Positions 8,901 to 18,499 of a stretch of DNA of 64,000 nucleotides are shown here, one piece after another. Source of the DNA: an uncultured Candidatus Bathyarchaeia archaeon (GTDB lineage Archaea; Thermoproteota; Bathyarchaeia; Bathyarchaeales; Bathyarchaeaceae). Position 1 is the stretch's first letter, and every line of letters begins with the position of its first letter. A program made the translations under genes and the position numbers. The notes beneath the pieces were generated by a model, which saw nothing but the letters and a program-made list of their open reading frames with translations, was not told the DNA's origin and did no database searches. The stretch spans positions 21,045 to 85,044 of the forward strand of contig CAZZLD010000006.1 of assembly GCA_964655075.1 (NCBI GenBank), read 5' to 3'.

Positions 8901-10535
8901 GTGAGCGGCGTGACCAAATACGTTTTTGTAACCGGCGGCGTGCTTTCTTCGGTTGGTAAGGGCATTGTAACTTCTTCTATTGGGAAGATGCTTCAGGTTC
9001 GAGGTTTAACGGTTACGGTTATCAAAATTGACCCTTACGTGAACGTGGACGCGGGAACCATGAATCCCTACATTCACGGCGAAGTTTACGTGACGGAGGA
9101 CGGAGGCGAAACAGACCTCGACCTCGGCGGATACGAACGGTTCCTCGACATCAACCTTCCAAAAGACAACAACATCACAACGGGGCAAATATATCAAGCG
9201 GTCATCGACAAAGAACGCCGAGGCGACTTTCTGGGAAGATGCGTTCAAATTGTGCCCCATGTCACTGACGAGATCAAAGACCGCATCCGCAAGGTTTCGA
9301 AGCGGTCGAAGGTTGATGTTGTTTTAACCGAGGCTGGAGGAACAATCGGCGACATAGAGGGCTTACCGTTCCTTGAGGCCATGAGGCAGATGCGGTTAGA
9401 GGAAGGCTTTGGCAACACGCTGTATGTTCACCTTGCCCTAGTTCCGATTCTTGACGTAACAGGCGAAATGAAGACGAAGCCCCTCCAGCACAGCGTGAAC
9501 GAACTGCGCCGCATCGGAATCCAACCGGACACAATAGTCGCCAGATGCGAAAAGATGATTGATACTGAAGCTAAGAGAAAGATAGCCCTGTTCGGTACGA
9601 TTCCGGAAAACGCCGTGTTTTGTTCCTACACTGTTCCCTCAATTTATCAGGTTCCGTTGATCTTGGATGAGCAGGGCATGGGCGATTACATCCGCGCACG
9701 GTTAAACTTGCCGGAAAGGAAGCCGAACTGGAGCGAGTGGAAAAAGTTTGTTGATGCGGCTACCCACCCAAAACACGAAGTTAAAATAGCGCTGATCGGC
9801 AAATACGCGACTTTGGCAGACAGCTACGTTAGTATGAACGAAGCGCTGCGACATGGCGGAGCCGCCTGCGAAACCCGCGTTTCGATCACCTACATCGAAG
9901 CCGAAACACTGGAGAAAGACACTAAGACGATAGAGGTTCTCAAAAACTATGATGGAATCTTCATCCCATACGGTTTCGGACCGAGAGGAACAGACGGAAA
10001 AATAAAGGCGATTCGATATGCGCGTGAAAATGGCACACCGTTTCTAGGCATATGCTACGGCTTTCAGTTGGCAGTGGTTGAGTTCAGCCGTAACGTATGT
10101 GGCCTAAAGGACGCGAACAGCACGGAGATAAACCCTGAGACTCCGCACCCGGTGATCGATCTGATGCCTGAACAGCGAGGCGTCAAATATAAGGGGGCAA
10201 CCATGCGCCTAGGCGCCCACGACGTAATAATCGAGAAAGGAACAATAGCACATAAACTATACGGAACAACAAAAATTCGTGAACGCCACCGCCACCGATG
10301 GGAAGTTAACCCAGACTACTGGAACACCCTGCAACAACACGGCTTAGTGTTCTCGGGTAAAAGCCCTGACGGGCGGAGAATGGAAATCTTGGAGTTGCCT
10401 GACAAGTTCTTTTTCTTCGCGGCGCAGTTCCACGGAGAGTTCAAAAGCCGACCGGGAAAACCGGACGCGGAATACTACGGCTTCGTCAAGGCGTGCCTAG
10501 ATAAGAAGCTGGGAAAAGCGAAGCCTGAGTTCTAA
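8901..10535 (+). CDS. pyrG: CTP synthase
   Basis: GTG start. VTGGVLSSVGKGI is present. The glutaminase Cys lies in GICYGFQ, followed by HRHRWEVN. 544 aa. Confidence 0.95.
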   Translation: MSGVTKYVFVTGGVLSSVGKGIVTSSIGKMLQVRGLTVTVIKIDPYVNVDAGTMNPYIHGEVYVTEDGGETDLDLGGYERFLDINLPKDNNITTGQIYQAVIDKERRGDFLGRCVQIVPHVTDEIKDRIRKVSKRSKVDVVLTEAGGTIGDIEGLPFLEAMRQMRLEEGFGNTLYVHLALVPILDVTGEMKTKPLQHSVNELRRIGIQPDTIVARCEKMIDTEAKRKIALFGTIPENAVFCSYTVPSIYQVPLILDEQGMGDYIRARLNLPERKPNWSEWKKFVDAATHPKHEVKIALIGKYATLADSYVSMNEALRHGGAACETRVSITYIEAETLEKDTKTIEVLKNYDGIFIPYGFGPRGTDGKIKAIRYARENGTPFLGICYGFQLAVVEFSRNVCGLKDANSTEINPETPHPVIDLMPEQRGVKYKGATMRLGAHDVIIEKGTIAHKLYGTTKIRERHRHRWEVNPDYWNTLQQHGLVFSGKSPDGRRMEILELPDKFFFFAAQFHGEFKSRPGKPDAEYYGFVKACLDKKLGKAKPEF

Positions 10536-10622
10536 GAATATTGCAGATGCTGTTTTTGTCTAAAAATATAATACATAAGTAAACGCTATTTTGCCTTGTC
10601 TTTGCCCTAAGGTGCCTTGTGA

Positions 10623-11669
10623 ATGATTCCGGAGAAGCGTCTGTCGCTGAAGAAAACGGTTCCTCTTTTGTTAATCGGCTTACTGATCTTCTTTTTGTAT
10701 CTCTATTTCTTAGGCTTCAAATCCATCGCGAAGAGCCTTCAAAGTACAAACTTGATCTATTACTCGCTGACGTTCGTCGTTGTTGCGTTTGACGTGCTCG
10801 TCTATTCTCTAGCTTGGCTGTATTTCCTGCGTCCCCTTTCAGTTAAAGCCTCCCTAAAAGACGCGTTCCTGTTTGTGTGGATCGGAAACTTCGTTGACAT
10901 TTTGGTTCCGGCGGAATCCATTAGCGGCGAGGTCTCTAAGGCTTATCTCATGTCCAAAAGGTCTGGGGGGAACACGGGGAAGGTTGTGGCTTCTGTTGTA
11001 GGTCATAGGGTTCTTAACATGACGATAACTTTAACCGCGTTAATCATCGGCTCAGTGCTTTTCATCGTTTATTATCCCGTGGAAATCTCAGGCTTCGCTT
11101 TGTTTCTTTTATTCGCTGTAACCGTCGGAACAGCCATTGCCGTGATTTTCTTAATCATCTTATGCACAAAAGAAAGCATGACCCGGAGGCTTAGCGATTG
11201 GATTTTGCGGTTTGCCGCGTTCATTTCTAGGGGGCGTTGGCAGCTAACCAACCTGCGGTCAAGAACCCAAGAGATGTTGAGCACCTTCCATCAAGGAATC
11301 AAAATCCTCGGCAAAAACCCGAAGGCTCTAATCCTGCCGGTTGTTTTCACCATAGCCGCCTGGGTCTTCAACCTCCTAGTGCCTTTCTTGGTCTTCGTCT
11401 CCCTTAAGCATCTCGTTGGTTTAAGCGTGATAATAATCGTTTATTCCCTCAGCTTCGCAATTCGAGCTATTCCGGTCGGAGTTCCCGCCGACATAGGTTT
11501 AGCAGAATCCGTCATGACCGGCTTCTACATATTGCTCGGCGTACCAGCAAACATCAGCGCAGCAGCAACCATTCTAATAGCAATCTCAACCATCGGATTC
11601 AAACTTCTCGTGGGCTACATGGCAGTCCACTGGGTAGGCGTCAAAATCCTGACGAATAATAACCAATAA
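10623..11669 (+). CDS. Flippase-like / lysylphosphatidylglycerol-synthase-TM-region family membrane protein (UPF0104/TIGR00374-like)
   Basis: 348 aa with about 8 predicted TM helices and a basic loop in the middle. The family assignment rests on overall topology and recollection only. Confidence 0.5.
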   Translation: MIPEKRLSLKKTVPLLLIGLLIFFLYLYFLGFKSIAKSLQSTNLIYYSLTFVVVAFDVLVYSLAWLYFLRPLSVKASLKDAFLFVWIGNFVDILVPAESISGEVSKAYLMSKRSGGNTGKVVASVVGHRVLNMTITLTALIIGSVLFIVYYPVEISGFALFLLFAVTVGTAIAVIFLIILCTKESMTRRLSDWILRFAAFISRGRWQLTNLRSRTQEMLSTFHQGIKILGKNPKALILPVVFTIAAWVFNLLVPFLVFVSLKHLVGLSVIIIVYSLSFAIRAIPVGVPADIGLAESVMTGFYILLGVPANISAAATILIAISTIGFKLLVGYMAVHWVGVKILTNNNQ

Positions 11670-11753
11670 CTGCCAACAATTGTCTACTTAAAACGTTTTT
11701 ATCCGAGACGCCCAAATAAAGAGAAGGGAATATCGTCCTCGGAGTCCTCTGCC

Positions 11754-13157
11754 ATGACAAACTTGCACTGCAGCCAATGTTCAGCAATTTTTGAGCCAAT
11801 TCCCCCTCAAGCCAGATGCCCAAAATGCGGAGGGCTCCTAGAATACATCTATGATTTTGACCGCCTGAAGAAAGCTGAACTCGCGGGTTCCCTCAGTTTT
11901 TGGAGGTATAGGCCTTATCTCCCCGAGGTTAAAAACGTGGTTACCATGGGAGAGGGTGGAACGCCCTTGCAACAAGCTAAACGCCTCGCGGGCGCAGTGG
12001 GTCTGAAAGCGGTTTATCTGAAGGATGAAACACGGAATCCCACGGGCAGCTTCAGAGACAGGTGCACGGCGCTGATGGTTTCAAACGCAGTTGACCACGG
12101 TTACGAATCGGTGGTTTGTGCCTCAAACGGAAACTTAGGCGCCTCCCTAGCTGCTTACTGCGCAAAATCGGGGCTTCTCTGCCACATCGTTGTTCCCGAA
12201 TTGGTGGACATGGGCAAGTTAGCCCAGATGCTGATTTACGACGCCGTAATAGAGGAACACGGCGAAACCGTTGACCGCTCTATTGAACGGGCGGAAGCTT
12301 TAGCGAAGGAAACGGGCTGGTATCAGGCTACTGCTGAACTGAATCTACTCGCAGTTGAAGCGCAAAAAACCATCGCCTACGAAACCGTTGAGCAACTTGG
12401 CGTTCCCGACTGGTTCATAGCTCCCATGGGAAGCGGCGGAACCCTCTACTCCATCTGGAAGGGCTTCAAAGAGGCGCAAACACTAGGGCTCATCGATAAG
12501 ACGCCGAAAATGGTCGGAGTTCAAGCTGAAGGATGCGCCCCCATCGTCGAAGCGTATCTAAAGAAGGAAAATAAGCCCTCGGAGGTCTCTAGGTCTGCAA
12601 CTCACGCCTTAGGCATCCTCGTGGAAAAACCTTTGAACGCGAAATGGGCTGCGGAAGCAATATCAACCTCTAAAGGGACTGCTGTTTCAGTGGCAGACTC
12701 CGAAATCATCGAGGGCGAACAGGAAATTGCGAGGCTTGAAGGCGTCTTCGCGGAACCAGCGAGTTCAGCCACCATAGCCGCGCTAAAAAAACTGGCAGGT
12801 CAAGGCGACGTAGACAAGCAGGACAGCGTGGTTTGCCTGATAACCGGGAGCGGACTGAAAGCCACCGATGTGCTTCAAGCTTTGACTAAGAAGCGGAAAA
12901 CCGCCGTCGTCGGCTTGGAACTGAGCACAAAGGAGAAAATTCTGCGGATTCTGAGCGAAAAGGAAACCTACGGCTACGACCTGTGGAAAAAACTGGGCAA
13001 AAACATGACGCGAGCCGCTGTTTACCAACATCTGAACAACCTTTCAGAGAGAGGGCTAGTGACGATCTATAAAAAAGAAGGGAGAAAGTACTTCACGGTT
13101 ACCGAGCGGGGAAAAAGAGTGTTACACGCCATTTCTGAACTGAAGGTTCTGCTTTAG
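11754..13157 (+). CDS. Threonine-synthase-fold (PLP fold type II) protein lacking the Schiff-base Lys, with N-terminal zinc ribbon and C-terminal PadR-like wHTH
   Basis: The N-terminus is CSQCS...CPKCGG. The ThrC core has GEGGTPL, ETRNPTGSFRDRC (canonical NPTGSFKDRG), CASNGNLGASLAAY and MGSGGT. The C-terminal ~75 aa ETYGYDLWKKLGK...VYQHLNNLSERGLVTIYKKEGRKYFTVTERG is PadR-like. Confidence 0.8.
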   Translation: MTNLHCSQCSAIFEPIPPQARCPKCGGLLEYIYDFDRLKKAELAGSLSFWRYRPYLPEVKNVVTMGEGGTPLQQAKRLAGAVGLKAVYLKDETRNPTGSFRDRCTALMVSNAVDHGYESVVCASNGNLGASLAAYCAKSGLLCHIVVPELVDMGKLAQMLIYDAVIEEHGETVDRSIERAEALAKETGWYQATAELNLLAVEAQKTIAYETVEQLGVPDWFIAPMGSGGTLYSIWKGFKEAQTLGLIDKTPKMVGVQAEGCAPIVEAYLKKENKPSEVSRSATHALGILVEKPLNAKWAAEAISTSKGTAVSVADSEIIEGEQEIARLEGVFAEPASSATIAALKKLAGQGDVDKQDSVVCLITGSGLKATDVLQALTKKRKTAVVGLELSTKEKILRILSEKETYGYDLWKKLGKNMTRAAVYQHLNNLSERGLVTIYKKEGRKYFTVTERGKRVLHAISELKVLL

Positions 13158-13223
13158 TAAAATTTAAATAGTAAAGTTGTAACTATACTATTTTTGTTTT
13201 CATAAGACTCGGAGAGAGCCAAC

Positions 13224-13763
13224 ATGCAAAAGAAGCCGATGAGCAAAAATAAAACCGTGGTAACTTCAGCATTTTGCGGCGTCATGGCGGCCCTCGTTTT
13301 CGCGGCAACCACAATTGTCCAAATACCCGTTCCAGCGACAGGAGGCTACATAAACGTTGGAGATTTAATGGTCTTTGTATCAGCTCTTCTCTTCGGTCCT
13401 ATTGTTGGAGGGTTCGCTGGAGGCGTCGGGTCAGCCCTCGCCGATTTGCTTAGCCCTTTTTCATTTTACACCCCTTACACTTTGGTTATAAAAGGTGTAG
13501 AAGGAATTATTGCAGGGAAAATTGGAAAGAGTGGAAAAACGTGGATGCCCATCTTGGCGGTAATTATTGCTGGAATTGAAATGATCACGGGGTACTTCAT
13601 TTTTCAGGTCTACTCATTCGGTTTAGGAGCAGCAGTTACTGAGCTCCCAGGAAACATATTTCAGGCAAGTTTTGGGGCAGTTGTAGCACTTCCATTATAC
13701 CTCGCAGTAAAGAAGATGCTTCCGACGACTTTTGAAAACCTGAAAAACATCATCAAAGGTTGA
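13224..13763 (+). CDS. ECF-transporter S-component-like membrane protein
   Basis: 179 aa with about 5-6 TM helices. YINVGDLMVFVSALLFGPIVGGFAGGVGSALADLL resembles ECF S components (PF07155-like). The substrate is unknown. Confidence 0.55.
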   Translation: MQKKPMSKNKTVVTSAFCGVMAALVFAATTIVQIPVPATGGYINVGDLMVFVSALLFGPIVGGFAGGVGSALADLLSPFSFYTPYTLVIKGVEGIIAGKIGKSGKTWMPILAVIIAGIEMITGYFIFQVYSFGLGAAVTELPGNIFQASFGAVVALPLYLAVKKMLPTTFENLKNIIKG

Positions 13764-13849
13764 GACTTCGTACCGTAGGTCACATAGAAAACGTCGACTT
13801 CGAAGCCCTTTTAATTACTTGTTGATAAGATGAAATCAGGGAAGAAACT

Positions 13850-14581
13850 TTGATTGTTCCTGTGAATTTGGAATTTGCTGCGAAGGATGTAGTTAAGGCT
13901 GTTCAAAGAGGAGACGTAATAATTGTCATTGACGTTTTAAGGTGCTCCTCCACCATCATCGTGGCGTTAACAAACGGCGCGAAGGGCATAATTCCGATTG
14001 AAACCGTGGAAGAGGCTCGAGGTCATCGCCAAGACCACCTTGATTTCATCTTGGCGGGTGAAAGAAAGGGACTGAAACCTGAAGGGTTTGATCTTGGGAA
14101 TTCGCCCCTTGAATTTTCGCATGAGAAAGTGAGCAGAAAGCACATTGTCTTAACCACCACAAGCGGCACACGGGCTATCTCGAAGTCCAAGGGGGCAAAG
14201 TGGGTTCTGATAGGGGCGTTTCTAAACGCTGAGGCTGTTGCTGACGCCGCCTTGAAACTCTCAGGGAAAGAACACGCCGGAATCTCCTTTGTGCTAGCTG
14301 GTAAAAAAGGAAGTTTTTCTCTGGAGGACTTCCTCTGCGCTGGGGCGATTGCAAACTATTTTCCAGCCGACAGGGTTGAGTTTTCTGATGGGGCTTCAGC
14401 GGCAGTTTTAGCCTTTAAACAAGCTCAAATCTCCTTAGAAGAGGCTGTTCAGCGCGGAGGTCACGCGCAGTACCTTGAGAGGCGGGGGCTAGGCGAGGAT
14501 GTGAAGTTTTGTTCGCGGATGAATGTTTTAATGGTTGTCCCGGTTCTTAAGGAAGGCAAGATCGTTCCACTTGAGGTTTAG
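13850..14581 (+). CDS. comB: 2-phosphosulfolactate phosphatase family protein (ComB)
   Basis: TTG start. VIDVLRCSSTII and AGERKGLKPEGFDLGNSP match ComB family hallmarks. Confidence 0.8.
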   Translation: MIVPVNLEFAAKDVVKAVQRGDVIIVIDVLRCSSTIIVALTNGAKGIIPIETVEEARGHRQDHLDFILAGERKGLKPEGFDLGNSPLEFSHEKVSRKHIVLTTTSGTRAISKSKGAKWVLIGAFLNAEAVADAALKLSGKEHAGISFVLAGKKGSFSLEDFLCAGAIANYFPADRVEFSDGASAAVLAFKQAQISLEEAVQRGGHAQYLERRGLGEDVKFCSRMNVLMVVPVLKEGKIVPLEV

Positions 14582-14649
14582 CTGGGTTTTAGGTAAAGTA
14601 ATAAATTGTTTCTATGCCGATTTAAGTTTGTGAAGGCGAAACAGCAACC

Positions 14650-15657
14650 ATGAAGAACAATAGATTCCAGCCGACGGTTTCCATTGTGGTTCCCGTTAAG
14701 AATGGGGAGACAACCATAGGTAGACTTCTGGAATCTCTTAAGAACGTAGCTTACGACCCGGAGAAAATTGAGGTAATCGTGGTTGATGGAAGCTCAACTG
14801 ACAGAACCAGAGAAATCGTTGTAAAATACCCAGTTAAGCTGCTTATCGAAGAACGGAAGGGACTAAACGCGGCGAGAAACACGGGAATGAAAAATAGCAC
14901 AAGCGAGATCATTGCTTTCACAGACGCAGACTGCGTTGCGCCGAGCGACTGGGTCAACAAAATCGTTGAGAACTTTAAATCCTCCAAGGTTGGTTGTGTG
15001 GGGGGAAACGTTAAGGGCTATGCCAGTGATCTCCTCTCGCAGTACGCGGACATCAGCATCATGCCTGTAATGAGAATCTTTAAGAAACGAAAAGTTCTAG
15101 ACATGATAAAACTGTTTTTCAATTATCCAGCTGGTTGTAACATGGCATTTCGTCGTAAAGTTGTCGATGAGATTGGATGCTTTGACGAGAATCTACATTA
15201 TGGTGCGGATGACTTGGAATTTATCGAGAGGGTTGGGAAAGCCGGCTACAAGATAGTTTTGGACCCTGATGTCCTCATTTTGCACAAGCACAGGTCCACC
15301 CTTAGGGGGCTTCTAAAACAGACATTTAACTACGGGAGAGGAGGGGCGCTCCTATTTAGGCAAAAGGGAACGGGAAGCGTTTTTTCAAGATGGCACATTT
15401 TAAATTTAGTGAGTTTTTTTGCAAGTCTTGCAATTATTATCTCCTTGATCTTTTTCACACTTACAACAAGTTCAATCATTTTCCCCCTACTTCTGATGGT
15501 AATTGTGGGTGTGCCTCTTCTCAGCCTCATGGCATTTTACGCAGTTACAAACCAGAAAAAAGCAAATTACAAGGGCATAATTGTTTTTCCTATCATAGAC
15601 TTCCTTAGAGTGATTGCATTCTGCATAGGCGAAGTTTATCAACTATTCAAGGATTAA
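14650..15657 (+). CDS. Family 2 glycosyltransferase with C-terminal TM helices
   Basis: VSIVVPVKNGE...IEVIVVDGSSTD and FTDADC (DxD-like) motifs. The C-terminal ~90 aa are hydrophobic. Confidence 0.85.
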   Translation: MKNNRFQPTVSIVVPVKNGETTIGRLLESLKNVAYDPEKIEVIVVDGSSTDRTREIVVKYPVKLLIEERKGLNAARNTGMKNSTSEIIAFTDADCVAPSDWVNKIVENFKSSKVGCVGGNVKGYASDLLSQYADISIMPVMRIFKKRKVLDMIKLFFNYPAGCNMAFRRKVVDEIGCFDENLHYGADDLEFIERVGKAGYKIVLDPDVLILHKHRSTLRGLLKQTFNYGRGGALLFRQKGTGSVFSRWHILNLVSFFASLAIIISLIFFTLTTSSIIFPLLLMVIVGVPLLSLMAFYAVTNQKKANYKGIIVFPIIDFLRVIAFCIGEVYQLFKD

Positions 15658-15706
15658 TTCGTGTCTACAGGGAAAGGAAGAAGACGAGCTTTGCGGTGGA
15701 TATTAC

Positions 15707-16507
15707 CTATATATAAGAATGAAGCTTCAGTCTTGTGTAGGATTTTCGTGGTCTCTTAAACGAGTTAATTCTCTTGCGAATTCTATACCACACCAAATTG
15801 GTCAGTATAATTTCTGGCAGTGTGTAACCGTGGGAATGATAAACGTTAAACCTCGGCTCCACTACAATCTTGTATCCTCTCGCCATCATTTCTTGTGCCC
15901 AATCGTGATCCTCTCCTCCGTGCGTATGCGCATAAGGCAAATTCTCTTCGAAGGGATATTCTACCCATAAGGATTTTCTGATAATGCAGTTTATAGTTGA
16001 AAAGTGCCCCTCTTTCATGTACACTCTGCTTGTTTCTTTAAAGTTAGACCACAGTAAACCGTGAACAAGTTTCTCCCAAACAGACCCATCTTTGTTGGAA
16101 ACAAAATACCCACTAACACCTGCAACGCGTGGATTCCTGAAGTGCTTTATGCCGTTTGCAAGCCAAAAAACAGAGGTAGGCAGAGCGTGCCCATTCGTAA
16201 TGCAAACCAACTCGTTATGTGCAGCGTTGACTCCTAAGTTCGTGGAATACGGATGGGAAAATTCACTGTCGCTGACGGGAATCAATTTAACTGGAATTTG
16301 ATTGCCAAAATATTTCGCTCTAAAACTGGGTAGGGCGTCCCTAATATCTTCTAATTCCTCTTTTGAAGAAAAATTATCAACGACTATTATTTCTGACGGC
16401 CTCAAAGTTTGGCGAGATAATTCCTGTAAAAGGCGACGAAAATGTTTTTCCGTATTTCTAGTACGAATTACGACAGAAACTCTTATGTTCTTAAAGATCC
16501 CGGCCAT
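15707..16507 (-). CDS. Family 2 glycosyltransferase
   Basis: VSVVIRTRNTEKHFRRLLQELSRQTLRPSEIIVVDNFS is a GT-A N-terminal motif. 266 aa. Confidence 0.8.
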   Translation of the reverse strand: MAGIFKNIRVSVVIRTRNTEKHFRRLLQELSRQTLRPSEIIVVDNFSSKEELEDIRDALPSFRAKYFGNQIPVKLIPVSDSEFSHPYSTNLGVNAAHNELVCITNGHALPTSVFWLANGIKHFRNPRVAGVSGYFVSNKDGSVWEKLVHGLLWSNFKETSRVYMKEGHFSTINCIIRKSLWVEYPFEENLPYAHTHGGEDHDWAQEMMARGYKIVVEPRFNVYHSHGYTLPEIILTNLVWYRIRKRINSFKRPRKSYTRLKLHSYI

Positions 16508-16622
16508 AGCTTTATCGAGACCCGTTAGGCTTTGCTTTATTTAAAAACGTAACTATTTACATGTTAGTGCGCGTTTTCTTCGCAAGTGAAACGCATATGC
16601 TCTTTAAGCTAATAATTAATTT

Positions 16623-17267
16623 ATGCCTATGCACAAAGAGAAAAAAGGGCAAGAATTGCGTAAGTTCGACGATGCATATTATAAGAAAGCGTATCGTTGG
16701 GGATACGACGGGTTTCTAACAAAGATAGGTTACCGAATAAGATTCAGGAGGGCAATTTCCCTGATTAAACAGCATAAAACTGATGGCAAGCTGTTGGACG
16801 TAGGCTGCTCCTTCGGGTTTTTCGTGAAGGTAGCGTCGAACAGAGGTTTTGCGGCGGCTGGAATAGACGTATCCGAATTCGCGATCGAAAACGCGAAGAG
16901 ATTACACCCTGATCTAAAGTTCTTCCTCATGGACATTCAGAAAAAGACAGGCTTCGATGATGGAGAATTTGACGTAATTACAGCTTTTGAGCTTTTAGAG
17001 CATCTTGAAAACCTAAGTTTCGCACTAAACGAGATCAAAAGAATTCTGAGCGGTGAGGGCATGCTGTTAGTGTCGGTGCCGATAACGGGCATTCACGACA
17101 CGAGAGCCGACAAAACCCACGTGCATCATTTAAACTTAGACGAGTGGATTCGCGTACTTTCTCAGTTTTTTCACGTTGAAAAAATCGATTTTCTGTTCAG
17201 GAGGCTATCTCAACTTAATCGTGAATGGTGCACTGTTTTTATCGTTTGCCGAAAATTAGGTGCCTAG
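16623..17267 (+). CDS. Class I SAM-dependent methyltransferase
   Basis: LLDVGCSFGFF motif I, GIDVSEFAIENAK and AFELLEHL are present. Confidence 0.8.
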   Translation: MPMHKEKKGQELRKFDDAYYKKAYRWGYDGFLTKIGYRIRFRRAISLIKQHKTDGKLLDVGCSFGFFVKVASNRGFAAAGIDVSEFAIENAKRLHPDLKFFLMDIQKKTGFDDGEFDVITAFELLEHLENLSFALNEIKRILSGEGMLLVSVPITGIHDTRADKTHVHHLNLDEWIRVLSQFFHVEKIDFLFRRLSQLNREWCTVFIVCRKLGA

Positions 17268-17355
17268 CCTCAAGGACCCACAACAAAACTTAAAATCCTC
17301 GTTGTTACTTACCATGTCCACATAAGCAAGATGCTTCAACCTGTGAGGATACGAA

Positions 17356-18426
17356 ATGGTTCCGTCTTCGCAAAAAAGTCTCAGCATACTTAGGCGTTCC
17401 TTGACTCCTAGCCGTCCCTATCATGTGCAGTGGTTCTTGACGCGGCGATGCAACTATCGGTGTAGGGGATGCAACGTTTGGCGGGAAAAAGTAGACGAGA
17501 AGGAGTTATCCGCTGACGAGATCAAGGACGGGTTAGACGTAATTCGAAAACTCGGCGCAATAGAAGTAGTTTTTTCTGGTGGAAACCCCCTGTTGCGGGA
17601 TGACATCGATGAAATTCTGGGATACGCCTCGAAATACTTCATAACAACAGTATACGACAACGGCAGTTTAGCAGCGAAAAAAATCGACGCCCTACGGAAC
17701 GCGGATTTTGTCGCCATTTCTTTAGACACGCTAGATGCAAAGCTGAATGACTACGTTAAAGGAGTGCCTGGATCTTGGAAGAAAGCCATCGAATCCGTTG
17801 ATAAACTGCACAAAGAAGGAATTTCCGTGACGGTTTCTCCCACCATCTCCCAGCTTAATCTACATGGAATCGTCGATTTTACTAGGCACTTTACTGATCG
17901 TGACATTCCAGTTTGGTACTGTCTCTACAGTTACGATACCTTAGATAAAGACCGACTGTTTTCGATAGGAAAGAAGGACGACGAGTTCGAACTCGTTGAC
18001 AGAGAATCCTTAGTGAAAGTTTGCGACACGCTCATGGAGATGAAAAAGGAGCGAAACGGAATCCTCATCACGAACAGAACGTTGACTGCACTAAGAAACT
18101 TCTTTCTAACCGGAAGGAGAACGTGGAAGTGCCAAGCGCTTAACGGGTTCTTTATGGTTGATCACCTTGGCAGAGTTGCGGGGTGCCACTGTCTCAGTCC
18201 AGTGGCTTCAGTGTTTGAGCTTCCTGACGTTTGGGACAGCCCGAAGTTTGAGAAGCTTCGAAAGGAATACAGCGCCTGTGACCGATGCTCTTACCTATGC
18301 TATATTTTCTATTCGCTTCACTCTAGCGTGACGGGCAACATAGAGGTCATTCGCGATCAGTGGAAGAACGCTAAGATGTTGTTGCCTCAGGTTCGCGCGA
18401 AAGCCCATCATAAAGCAGCTGCTTGA
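17356..18426 (+). CDS. Radical SAM protein with C-terminal Cys-rich (SPASM-like) region
   Basis: The CNYRCRGC (CxxxCxxC) cluster motif is followed by FSGGNPLL. C-terminal cysteines are CQALNG...GCHC...CDRCSYLC. Confidence 0.8.
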   Translation: MVPSSQKSLSILRRSLTPSRPYHVQWFLTRRCNYRCRGCNVWREKVDEKELSADEIKDGLDVIRKLGAIEVVFSGGNPLLRDDIDEILGYASKYFITTVYDNGSLAAKKIDALRNADFVAISLDTLDAKLNDYVKGVPGSWKKAIESVDKLHKEGISVTVSPTISQLNLHGIVDFTRHFTDRDIPVWYCLYSYDTLDKDRLFSIGKKDDEFELVDRESLVKVCDTLMEMKKERNGILITNRTLTALRNFFLTGRRTWKCQALNGFFMVDHLGRVAGCHCLSPVASVFELPDVWDSPKFEKLRKEYSACDRCSYLCYIFYSLHSSVTGNIEVIRDQWKNAKMLLPQVRAKAHHKAAA

Positions 18427-18499
18427 AAAGAGATACTTCGGTTTATAAAAATAGATAAGGAAAGAGACGTTTACAACATAGACGGAGATGTGAGGCGTA

